NCBI GenBank assembly: GCA_964490395.1 | Contig: CAZBAS010000007.1 | Location: forward strand, 7,208-71,207 | Length of the DNA: 64,000 nt | Direction of reading: 5' to 3' | Origin: an uncultured Candidatus Saccharibacteria bacterium | GTDB taxonomy: Bacteria > Patescibacteriota > Doudnabacteria > UBA920 | Shown: positions 40,002-48,291 of the stretch, in pieces | Numbering within the stretch: the first letter of the stretch is position 1 | Layout of the letters: each line of letters begins with the position of its first letter | The notes under the pieces: generated by a model | Seen by the model: only the letters and a program-made list of their open reading frames with translations | The model's database searches: none | What the model was told of the DNA's origin: nothing | Program-made: the position numbers and the translations under genes

Positions 40002-40262
40002 AGCTTGCTTCTCCTTTCAAGAGAAATTGTTTACGGTTTACGCAAGCTATGCCAACAGGCATTTGCTGCGCGCTGGTATATGATTTATAACTATTTAGTT
40101 GTAAAAGAGCGCGAAACACGGACAATTGTCCGCTGGTAGGTGGATTAAGAATTATCCTACCAGATATATGGCTTACATAAGCCATAAGTCTCATAGGGCA
40201 ATTCGTGTATTCATTTGAAACAACATTATAGTATATTATTGCAAATATGTCAATATATAGGT

Positions 40263-40300
40263 ATACATAAACTCTGCTTAATTAAGCAGAGTTTATGTAT
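40263..40300. promoter_or_regulatory. 38-bp perfect palindrome (ATACATAAACTCTGCTTAA|TTAAGCAGAGTTTATGTAT) in the divergent region between the orphan operon and the pilin-like array
   Basis: It is exactly self-complementary over 19+19 bp and no U-tract follows. A second 9+9 palindrome, TATGGCTTA-CAT-AAGCCATA, sits at ~40166-40186. Confidence 0.6.
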
Positions 40301-40599
40301 ATTATTGTGTTGGTGTATGCGCCAAAATAGAGCATAAATAAGCCTTGCATAGACTTAGCATTGTATCTTCCTTGTCTTGGTCTGGCTCTGCTCGGCTCAC
40401 TGTTCCGTTTCGACGTGCTATCTATATATAGCCATAAGTATGAACCATTATTTTCACCTCCCAGATTTCATATGGGTCCTACAGAACTAATCCCATATCA
40501 TTTCTACAATTTGTCTTTAAGTTTCGAGAGTCATTTACTGTACGCATGGAATATGTTCTGGTATAATTTTTTTAAAGGCAGTTTACTTTAAGAAACCAA

Positions 40600-41073
40600 A
40601 TGCTTAAAAAAATAAATTGGAAATTTGTTCGGTATCTGCTCGCATCGGTTGTGGTCGCTGTTGCGTTGTATGCTCCTATGGCGCATGCCGCAATAGTTAA
40701 TTGCGGCAATCAAGACGGGGGAGATGCAAAAGATGGGTGTAAGTTTAGTGACCTGTTTACCAGCGCAACAAATTTAATAAATTATTTTTTGAGTGGCGCT
40801 GCTGTTGTGGCGGTAGGTGGAGTAGTATATGGTGGTTTTCTCATGGTTACGTCTGCGGGCAATGCAAGCAAACAGGGTGCTGGTAAGAAAGCAGTTACGA
40901 ATTCGCTCATTGGCCTCGGGGTTATACTTGTGTCGTTTCTGCTCATAAAGAGTGTGTTTGTAATTCTTGGCTTTAAAGGTGGCGCAGATCCTTTGCAGAA
41001 CCCAACGCAATTTATAAATGGCCAGAGTGGAAACTTAATAGACTCTGGTGTGCCGAGCGGCGGAGGGAAATAA
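40600..41073 (+). CDS. Pilin-like array member 1: signal peptide, a short Cys-containing ectodomain, and the C-terminal VirB2/TrbC-like two-helix domain
   Basis: The C-terminus is VVAVGGVVYGGFLMVTSAGNASKQGAGKKAVTNSLIGLGVILVSFLLI (hydrophobic helix, polar loop TSAGN..K.G.K, hydrophobic helix). Confidence 0.6.
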   Translation: MLKKINWKFVRYLLASVVVAVALYAPMAHAAIVNCGNQDGGDAKDGCKFSDLFTSATNLINYFLSGAAVVAVGGVVYGGFLMVTSAGNASKQGAGKKAVTNSLIGLGVILVSFLLIKSVFVILGFKGGADPLQNPTQFINGQSGNLIDSGVPSGGGK

Positions 41074-41115
41074 GTTCGTTAATGCATTTTCTAAAAATAA
41101 ACTAAACAAGCTATC

Positions 41116-41967
41116 ATGACATTTAAAAAATTATCTATTATTAGTAACTCCATAGCCTTGCTCGTAAGCCTTGCTACAGTGGCATCTGTATGGAGCGCAC
41201 CTGCATTTGCCGCTGGGTGTGATCCAGATATATATTTTTCAATTACCGACCCAGTAACTGGCAACATTGTTACGCAAGCTCCTCAAAATGGTAAAGTTAC
41301 GTTTTATGTAAAACTTACTCCGAAGGGTGACTGCTCGACCACGGTAATAAACGATGTAGTAATAAATCAGCGTCTTACCAATGGAATCACCTTTTTGGCA
41401 AATTTTCCTATTTCTGATAAAAACGGATTGCGACGAGGGGTTGTTGAATCTAAATATACCCAGGGCGTAGATGGGATCCTCGACACCACGACGGGTAAGC
41501 CAGTACAAGTTGGTGGGAAGTTGTCGCTTGAAGGGGCCGTCAAATTAGAGGGTGAAGATAAATACCGTAATTCAAGTCCCACGCCACTTGCTGCGGTTGC
41601 TGCTGTTCCTGGCGGAGGTGGTGGAGATGTGAATGCGCCAAACGTAAACACCCCTGGTGGAAACGTAAACACCCCCGGTGGCGATCCTAGTACTGTAGGC
41701 ACTATTGGTACCATCTCAAACCCTATTGGCTATGAGTCTTTGGGTGCGCTTGTGGTGGCCATTATCCGTTTTCTACTTACTATGATTGGTGGTCTTGCCG
41801 TGCTGTTCATTATTATAGGTGCGGTGCGCATGGTTACCTCTCAAGGTAATGAAAAGGCCGTTACTGCTGGTAAGCAAACTGTTACCTGGGCAGTCATAGG
41901 TCTTATTACTGCACTCATGGCGTTCTCGCTCATTAGTTTGGTCCAGAGTTTAATAGGGCGTAAGTAG
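41116..41967 (+). CDS. Pilin-like array member 2: signal peptide, a beta-rich ectodomain with NVNTPGG repeats, and the conserved C-terminal domain
   Basis: The C-terminus is LLTMIGGLAVLFIIIGAVRMVTSQGNEKAVTAGKQTVTWAVIGLITALMAF. Confidence 0.6.
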   Translation: MTFKKLSIISNSIALLVSLATVASVWSAPAFAAGCDPDIYFSITDPVTGNIVTQAPQNGKVTFYVKLTPKGDCSTTVINDVVINQRLTNGITFLANFPISDKNGLRRGVVESKYTQGVDGILDTTTGKPVQVGGKLSLEGAVKLEGEDKYRNSSPTPLAAVAAVPGGGGGDVNAPNVNTPGGNVNTPGGDPSTVGTIGTISNPIGYESLGALVVAIIRFLLTMIGGLAVLFIIIGAVRMVTSQGNEKAVTAGKQTVTWAVIGLITALMAFSLISLVQSLIGRK

Positions 41968-41997
41968 AAGCGACACTAATCAACGAATTTCACACGA

Positions 41998-42744
41998 ATG
42001 ACACGAATAATAAAATTCAACCATACACTACGTGCGTTTCCACTTTTTGTTTTTGTTGCTGGTTTAGTTGTGGCGATGTGGTTTACCGGTACAGCCGTGG
42101 CGCAGACAGGTAATCCGTATGCATGTCCTACCCATCCACAAATTCCGACTGCTACCCGAAACGGTACTTGTGTACAAGCATTACAGTGGTTGCTCAATAG
42201 TAAAATACCAACGCCTGCTCTAGAAGAGAATGGCGACTTTGATACTGCTACGGAAGACAAACTTACGTTGTATCAGAAAGGTGCTGGTCTAAAATGTACC
42301 GACGGTATAGCTGGGCCAGAAACATGGAACTCACTTATTCCCGGTTTGAATCAAACAGGGGGGTGCGCTGGTGGAGGAGCAACCACCACTCCTTCCGCGA
42401 CAAACACAACTACGGGTGGAGTTTCTGCAGGCTGTAGTAAGATAGAGCAAAACTTTACTGAGTTTGGTGGCGGCACACCAGGTCCGCTTGCCAACAATTG
42501 CTATACTCCGGGTGAAGGAGTGAATAAAGTTATCAAAATAGCGTTTACGTTGGTTGGCATACTCACTGTTCTCTTTATAGTCATTGGTGGGTTTAGGTAT
42601 ATGACTTCTGCTGGTGATGAGAAGCGTGCAGGGAGTGGCAAGAAAACAATTCAGTGGGCGCTCATTGGTTTGGTGTTGGTGTTGTTTGCTTATGCGATTG
42701 TTACTATCTCCACACGACTCGCAACTACCAGTCAACTTTTCTAG
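41998..42744 (+). CDS. Pilin-like array member 3: signal peptide, a peptidoglycan-binding (PG_binding_1-like) domain, a Thr/Gly linker, and the conserved C-terminal domain
   Basis: The PGBD-like stretch is VQALQWLLNSKIPTPALEENGDFDTATEDKLTLYQKGAGLKCTDGIAGPETWNSL. The C-terminus is LVGILTVLFIVIGGFRYMTSAGDEKRAGSGKKTIQWALIGLVLVLFAYAIV. Confidence 0.6.
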   Translation: MTRIIKFNHTLRAFPLFVFVAGLVVAMWFTGTAVAQTGNPYACPTHPQIPTATRNGTCVQALQWLLNSKIPTPALEENGDFDTATEDKLTLYQKGAGLKCTDGIAGPETWNSLIPGLNQTGGCAGGGATTTPSATNTTTGGVSAGCSKIEQNFTEFGGGTPGPLANNCYTPGEGVNKVIKIAFTLVGILTVLFIVIGGFRYMTSAGDEKRAGSGKKTIQWALIGLVLVLFAYAIVTISTRLATTSQLF

Positions 42745-42859
42745 CGCGCAAAAAAATTAAAATATTCTACCTCCCTTAAAATGTGATATAATAATTATGT
42801 AAAAATAATCCTCTAGAGTTTAAAGCTCCTAGAATAAAAGGAGAGGGGGTGAAAGTAAA

Positions 42860-43267
42860 TTGAAACAAATGATGAAAAAAATAAATTGGTTGGGCGTTGT
42901 CCCAATAGTCGCAGTTGTAGTATTGATGGGTATCTCCATTATCGCACCAAGCTTTGCTCATGCAAGTCAAATTCCTGATCCAGGTTTGTGCACCAAGGTA
43001 AATGGACTCAACTGTACTAACTACACATTGAATGGTCTTATTATCCGTGTTATCAACTGGATATTGGCTATTACATTGGCAGTAGATGTATTGTTCATGA
43101 TCATTGGTGGTTTCCTGTACATTACTTCTGCAGGTAACGAAGATCGTGCAAAGAAGGGAAGGACTACCGTTATCAATGCTATCATTGGTTTGGTAATTAT
43201 CATCCTCGCATACGTCATTGCAAACGTAGTTTCTAGCTTCTTCTCAACTGAAAACTTCACCGCATAA
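42860..43267 (+). CDS. Pilin-like array member 4 (TTG start), with a short ectodomain
   Basis: It starts at TTG at 42860, preceded by the RBS AGGAGAGGGGGTG. The C-terminus is LAITLAVDVLFMIIGGFLYITSAGNEDRAKKGRTTVINAIIGLVIIILAYVIAN. Confidence 0.6.
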   Translation: MKQMMKKINWLGVVPIVAVVVLMGISIIAPSFAHASQIPDPGLCTKVNGLNCTNYTLNGLIIRVINWILAITLAVDVLFMIIGGFLYITSAGNEDRAKKGRTTVINAIIGLVIIILAYVIANVVSSFFSTENFTA

Positions 43268-43432
43268 ATAAAATTCTCCGTACTGCGTCGTGTTTTTCTA
43301 CTCATTTCTGTGAGCACGGCTGCAGCCACATGACGCAGTGCGGATGAATATATATTGCAAGTTGCAAATTGTAGATTGCATAGGTGTGAACCTTTCAATC
43401 TACAATGTGAAATTTACAATCGGAACCTGCTC

Positions 43433-43843
43433 ATGTTCTATACACCAAAAGTACGCACATTGGTTGCCACGTTTATTCTCTTGGTAACCTTTGTTGTCCC
43501 ACGCGCCCTGTTTGCACAAACAACAGGAACAAACGGAAACGTTCAGGGCGGTTTAAACGAAATCAAAAATCAGTTTAATTCTCAAAGCGAAATAGCGCAG
43601 TCGCAAACGGTAGGAGACCTCATCTTGTCCGTCATTCGAATACTGATTGGTTTGCTCATGGCTATTACTGTACTGTTTATTATTTTAGGTGGGTACCAGT
43701 ACGTAACTTCTGCCGGCAACGAGGAGCAGGCCAAGCGGGGGAGGAGAACACTGACCTACGCAATTATTGGTCTTGTAGTAGTCATTCTTTCTTATGTAAT
43801 AGTAAATACAGTGTCCGGTGCGGTGGACTCTACACAACTCTAA
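43433..43843 (+). CDS. Pilin-like array member 5
   Basis: The likely start is MFYTPKVRT... at 43433; the ORF-track start at 43355 runs through the upstream hairpin and inverted-repeat region. The C-terminus is LLMAITVLFIILGGYQYVTSAGNEEQAKRGRRTLTYAIIGLVVVILSYVIVN. Confidence 0.6.
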   Translation: MFYTPKVRTLVATFILLVTFVVPRALFAQTTGTNGNVQGGLNEIKNQFNSQSEIAQSQTVGDLILSVIRILIGLLMAITVLFIILGGYQYVTSAGNEEQAKRGRRTLTYAIIGLVVVILSYVIVNTVSGAVDSTQL

Positions 43844-43849
43844 AAATGT

Positions 43850-44722
43850 ATGATGAATACGACTTTGTTTAAAAAAATACTTCTATACCTCGGGGTTGCA
43901 GCAATTGGTGTATCTGTAACGTTTGCTTCTACCGCTGCAGCAATTATTGATATGCGGGCAACCGGTATGAGTGGGTGTGACACCAGTCTTACAACATGTA
44001 CTCCGAACAAGGTGCAGCAGGGGCAAATATTAGTAGTACGGGCAACCGGCGTACCCGTGGACTCGCTCGATGCTGTTCGTGTTGCATTTAACTTCGATGT
44101 AGATAATGGTTTAGGTAATGCCCCGTACGATTATAAAACTGATCCTGTAACCGGGGAGACTAGCTTCTTTGTAAAAGTACAGGCTGGAGCTTCGGAGATG
44201 GGTGTGGGTACTCACAAAATTGCTCTTATTGGGCAGGGTATACCTTCGACTGTGGTTGGGTCGCTTACTATTGCAGCTGCAACATCGCCTACAGGTCCGG
44301 TGCCGCCCGGTCCGACCGGCCCTGTCCCGCCAGGGCCAACTGGCCCCGCTCCTGTCACTCCTGTTCAGTCAGATCTGGAGTGTGCTTCACAGGGTCTTGA
44401 AAAAGACACTGCGACTGGTCTGTGTTTGCCTAAGAATCCTTATGCGAGCGCTAGCCCAGATAGCTTGGTAAAAGCAACGAGTGTTGGGGATTTAATCAAA
44501 AAGATTTTAAACATCTTGCTTACCCTTGGCGGAGTAGTCGCGGTACTCTTTATAGTGCTTGGCGGGTATGAGTACATCACTTCGCGCGGTAGTGAAGAGC
44601 GCGCAAAGAGCGGTCGCAAGACTATGACGTATGCCATTATCGGGTTAGTTGCCATACTGTTGGCTTTCATGATGGTAACAGTAATGACAAACTTGTTTAC
44701 GCAAGGGAAGCTGTTTAGTTAG
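43850..44722 (+). CDS. Pilin-like array member 6: signal peptide, a beta-rich ectodomain with PTGPVPPGPTGP collagen-like repeats, and the conserved C-terminal domain
   Basis: The C-terminus is LLTLGGVVAVLFIVLGGYEYITSRGSEERAKSGRKTMTYAIIGLVAILLAFMMV. Confidence 0.6.
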   Translation: MMNTTLFKKILLYLGVAAIGVSVTFASTAAAIIDMRATGMSGCDTSLTTCTPNKVQQGQILVVRATGVPVDSLDAVRVAFNFDVDNGLGNAPYDYKTDPVTGETSFFVKVQAGASEMGVGTHKIALIGQGIPSTVVGSLTIAAATSPTGPVPPGPTGPVPPGPTGPAPVTPVQSDLECASQGLEKDTATGLCLPKNPYASASPDSLVKATSVGDLIKKILNILLTLGGVVAVLFIVLGGYEYITSRGSEERAKSGRKTMTYAIIGLVAILLAFMMVTVMTNLFTQGKLFS

Positions 44723-44766
44723 AAGTCTTAAACAGGTAACAGATACCATGTAACATGGAGCATATA

Positions 44767-44798
44767 AAACATCTCTGCACGCGCAGAGATGTTTTTGT
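44767..44798 (+). terminator. Rho-independent terminator closing the pilin-like array
   Basis: The stem AAAACATCTCTGC/GCAGAGATGTTTT with loop ACGC, followed by a U-tract. Confidence 0.7.
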
Positions 44799-44929
44799 TA
44801 CATGCTGCACGTGCGATGTTTCTTACAATTTGTTAGCTCTGGCTTTAACTGAAGGGACCTGGTAGAATATCCATATTGTTGCCCCTTCGGGGGTTAAATG
44901 AAAAAAGCCTTATATTTGTAAGCGCTTTG

Positions 44930-45016
44930 GCCCAGGTGGTGGAATTGGTATACACGCCAGCCTTAGGAGCTGGTGGGAGAAATCCCGTGGAGGTTCGAGT
45001 CCTCTCCTGGGCACCA
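44930..45016 (+). tRNA. tRNA-Leu (anticodon TAG), type II
   Basis: Acceptor GCCCAGG/CCTGGGC, anticodon stem CCAGC/GCTGG with loop CT-TAG-GA, variable arm GGGA-GAAA-TCCC, T-loop TTCGAGT, discriminator A, and an encoded CCA. Confidence 0.8.
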
Positions 45017-45129
45017 GAAATAGAATTAAGAATATAGAATAATGAATTATGCACAAGATAAAATCGAGTGTTTGATTCCGATTCATAATTCTTAATTCAT
45101 GATTCATAATTCTAGATTTTACATACCCT

Positions 45130-47049
45130 ATGTGGAAAATTACTCGTAACATTATTATCGCGTTGGTTATATTTTTGCTTATCACCGCAGGTATTTCTGC
45201 GCTGTCTGGTGATACAAAAGTAAAGCCAGTCTCAGTAAGCGAAATTGTAAACCTTGCTAACAATGGCAAGGTTCAGTCTGTTGAAGTTACCGAAGACAAG
45301 GTGCTCGCTACCATAAAAGACTCAGACACTAAGCTCTCGGCTACTTTAGGAAAAAATACGGAGTTTGTAACCTTGCTCAAAGACAATGGTATATCTGCCG
45401 ATGGTATTCGCTCTCTGCAAATAGAGTACAAGCAACCCGGGTGGGGAAGCTCCATACTTTCAAATATCTTGCCTATCTTGCTACCGTTTTTGCTTATCTC
45501 TTTGTTCATCTACTTCCTCATGAGGCAAGTGCAAGGGACAAATAACCGTGCTATGTCTTTTGGGCAGAGTAGTGTAAAACTTTCCGATGAACGAAAGAAT
45601 AAAGTTCGTTTTGTTGACGTTGCGGGCGCAAAAGAAGCAAAAGAAGAGCTGAAAGAAGTTGTAGAATTTCTTAGGTTTCCTCAAAAGTTTTTGCAGCTTG
45701 GCGCAAAAATACCAAAAGGCGTGTTGCTTCTTGGTAGTCCTGGAGTTGGCAAAACATTGCTTGCCCGCGCTGTAGCGGGTGAAGCGAATGTGCCTTTTTT
45801 CCATATTTCCGGTAGTGAGTTTGTGGAAATGTTTGTTGGTGTGGGCGCAAGCCGCGTACGAGATTTGTTCCGCAAAGCAAAACGAAACAGCCCATGTATT
45901 GTATTTATAGATGAGATAGATGCAGTAGGGCGTCAGCGGGGCACTGGCCTTGGCGGCGGCCATGACGAGCGCGAACAAACCCTAAACCAAATTTTGGTTG
46001 AGATGGACGGGTTTGAAAACGAAACAAATGTCATAGTCATCGCAGCGACGAACCGGCCAGATGTGCTGGATCCTGCATTGCTGAGACCAGGGCGTTTTGA
46101 CCGCCAAGTAGTGCTCGACTTACCAGATATAAAAGACCGTGAAGAAATACTGAAGGTCCATGCCCGCAATAAGCCGTTGGCAACAGACGTAAACTTACGT
46201 AACATAGCAGAGCGAACTCCCGGGTTTTCCGGCGCAGACTTGGCCAATCTTCTAAATGAAGGTGCCATACTGGCTGCCCGCAGCGAAAAGAAAGATATAG
46301 GTACAAGCGACCTGCGCGAAGCAATTGAAAAGGTTATGCTTGGCCCAAAGCGTGCAAGCCATATACTGAGTACGGCCGAAAAGAAAGTTACTGCATATCA
46401 TGAAGGCGGTCACGCGCTTATAGGCGCAGTGCTTCCCGAAGCGGATCCAGTACATAAAATTACCATCCTTTCCCGTGGTCGCGCAGCAGGGTATACCATG
46501 AAGCTTCCGAGTGAGGAAAAGCATATGCAAACTCGCTCTAGTTTCTTAGACGAAATTGCAGCGCTTCTTGGCGGCTATGCTGCTGAAAAGCTGGTTTTTG
46601 GTGAGTTAACCACAGGTGCTTCAAACGACCTTAAGGTTGCTACCAGCATGGCTCGTAAACTTGTCACTGCATATGGTATGAGCGACGTTTTGGGTCCTAT
46701 CACCTTTGCAGAGCCGAGCGAAACAGTATTTCTAGGTCGCGAACTGGGCGAACATACCAATTACAGTGAAACTGTTGCTACTCAGATAGATGCTGAAATT
46801 AGCCGCATAATGCGCGAACAGCTGGAGCGCGCAACCGAAGTGCTTACTACTCAGCGCAGTTATCTAGATGCTATTGCAACAAAGTTGGTGGCAGAAGAGA
46901 CTTTGGAGCAAGAACAATTCTACGACATTGTAAAAGATATTGTTCCAAAAGATAAAATGGGCCCTACGCTTAATTCTGCTACGCCAATTGTAGAAGAGCC
47001 AGTAGCCGCTGTAGTTGCTCCTGGGCAAACTACAGAAGACGCATCCTAA
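45130..47049 (+). CDS. ftsH: ATP-dependent zinc metalloprotease FtsH
   Basis: It has an N-terminal TM helix and periplasmic domain, AAA Walker [17 protein letters not shown], the SRH motif, and the zinc-binding HEGGHAL (HEXXH). Confidence 0.95.
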   Translation: MWKITRNIIIALVIFLLITAGISALSGDTKVKPVSVSEIVNLANNGKVQSVEVTEDKVLATIKDSDTKLSATLGKNTEFVTLLKDNGISADGIRSLQIEYKQPGWGSSILSNILPILLPFLLISLFIYFLMRQVQGTNNRAMSFGQSSVKLSDERKNKVRFVDVAGAKEAKEELKEVVEFLRFPQKFLQLGAKIPKGVLLLGSPGVGKTLLARAVAGEANVPFFHISGSEFVEMFVGVGASRVRDLFRKAKRNSPCIVFIDEIDAVGRQRGTGLGGGHDEREQTLNQILVEMDGFENETNVIVIAATNRPDVLDPALLRPGRFDRQVVLDLPDIKDREEILKVHARNKPLATDVNLRNIAERTPGFSGADLANLLNEGAILAARSEKKDIGTSDLREAIEKVMLGPKRASHILSTAEKKVTAYHEGGHALIGAVLPEADPVHKITILSRGRAAGYTMKLPSEEKHMQTRSSFLDEIAALLGGYAAEKLVFGELTTGASNDLKVATSMARKLVTAYGMSDVLGPITFAEPSETVFLGRELGEHTNYSETVATQIDAEISRIMREQLERATEVLTTQRSYLDAIATKLVAEETLEQEQFYDIVKDIVPKDKMGPTLNSATPIVEEPVAAVVAPGQTTEDAS

Positions 47050-47285
47050 ATATACGTATCTTGCATACCGCTGGAAGCCTATGGTACCATACTTCCAGCG
47101 GTATTTTGTTTGTACAGCAAGTACAATCCGTAACAGGGGCGGCAGGCTTAGTGTGCCTGTACCCACGCTAAGCGCGGGCGGTTAGCTTCCGCCGACCCCG
47201 CCAGCTGGCGGATATGGCGGACGAGAATTGCAAATATATAGCTGAATATGTGTAGGCTTGCCCTACGTAACTTCAGTGAAGTAGG

Positions 47286-47361
47286 GGGCGGTTAGCTCAG
47301 TTGGTAGAGCGTCACATTGACGTTGTGAATGTCACAGGTTCGACTCCTGTACCGCCCACCA
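47286..47361 (+). tRNA. tRNA-Val (anticodon GAC)
   Basis: Acceptor GGGCGGT/ACCGCCC, D-arm GCTC-AGTTGGTA-GAGC, anticodon stem TCACA/TGTGA with loop TT-GAC-GT, T-arm ACAGG-TTCGACT-CCTGT, and an encoded CCA. Confidence 0.85.
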
Positions 47362-47563
47362 GAGTAAAATCCGAAGCACGAATTTCGAAATACGAAACAA
47401 ATTCGAGACTGTAAACTTCAATGCTCAGGATCAAGGTCTAGAATTTAGAGCATTTGAATTTAGAATTTATTTAGGATTTCAATATTCGAATTTCGAATTT
47501 TATAAAAATTATTAATTTTTATCGAAGAGTCAAACCGTACTGTAACAGTTATTTCGGTCCGAT

Positions 47564-48286
47564 TTGACGTTTCGATTCCAAAAGGAATCTAAACACACCA
47601 TGATAACGAAAGAAGCAGCTGAGCGCGTACTCGGCATAAAAATACAAAACCTCGATCTCTATATATCTGCGTGTACGCATCGTTCGTACTTGAACGAGCA
47701 TCGCAGTTTCCCCCTTCCTCACAACGAGCGCTTGGAGTTCTTGGGTGATGCTGTTTTAGAGCTTGCCGCAACAGAGCACCTCTATCGCACGTATCCTTAC
47801 TCAGAAGGGGAGCTTACGAACTTTCGCTCCGCGCTCGTAAACTATAAAATGCTTTCAGAAATAGCGGACCGATTGGGCCTAGAAGAGTTTTTGCTTATGT
47901 CTCGCGGCGAAGCAAAAGACACTGGCCGTGCGCGTCAGGTTATTTTGGCAAACGCGTTTGAAGCAGTGGTTGGGGCTATTTATTTAGATGTTGGTTTTGA
48001 GCCCGCAGCAGATTTTATCAATCGAGAAGTATTGCGAGAGCTGCCCGGAATTATTGCTACAGGCCAATATGTAGACCCGAAAAGCAAGCTCCAGGAAATT
48101 GTACAAGAGCGCAAAGGGGTTACTCCAACCTATGGTGTAGTTTCAGAAACTGGTCCAGATCACAATAAAGAGTTCGTTGTGGCTGTATACGTTCAGCAAG
48201 CAGAGGCGGGTCGGGGCACTGGACCTTCCAAGCAAGAAGCAGAAATTTCTGCCGCAGAAAATGCTTTGAAGAACATGGGTATCTAG
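47564..48286 (+). CDS. rnc: Ribonuclease III
   Basis: It has the catalytic signature ERLEFLGDAVLELAATEHLY and a C-terminal dsRBD. The likely true start is MITKEAAERVLG at 47600. Confidence 0.9.
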   Translation: MTFRFQKESKHTMITKEAAERVLGIKIQNLDLYISACTHRSYLNEHRSFPLPHNERLEFLGDAVLELAATEHLYRTYPYSEGELTNFRSALVNYKMLSEIADRLGLEEFLLMSRGEAKDTGRARQVILANAFEAVVGAIYLDVGFEPAADFINREVLRELPGIIATGQYVDPKSKLQEIVQERKGVTPTYGVVSETGPDHNKEFVVAVYVQQAEAGRGTGPSKQEAEISAAENALKNMGI

Positions 48287-48291
48287 TTACT

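Noticed and set aside
44845-45269. Two minus-strand ORFs (69 aa and 119 aa)
   Set aside because: They overlap tRNA-Leu and the AT-rich palindromic element. Both are low complexity with no coding signal, so they are spurious.
45481-46530. Minus-strand ORFs inside ftsH
   Set aside because: They are antisense to ftsH.
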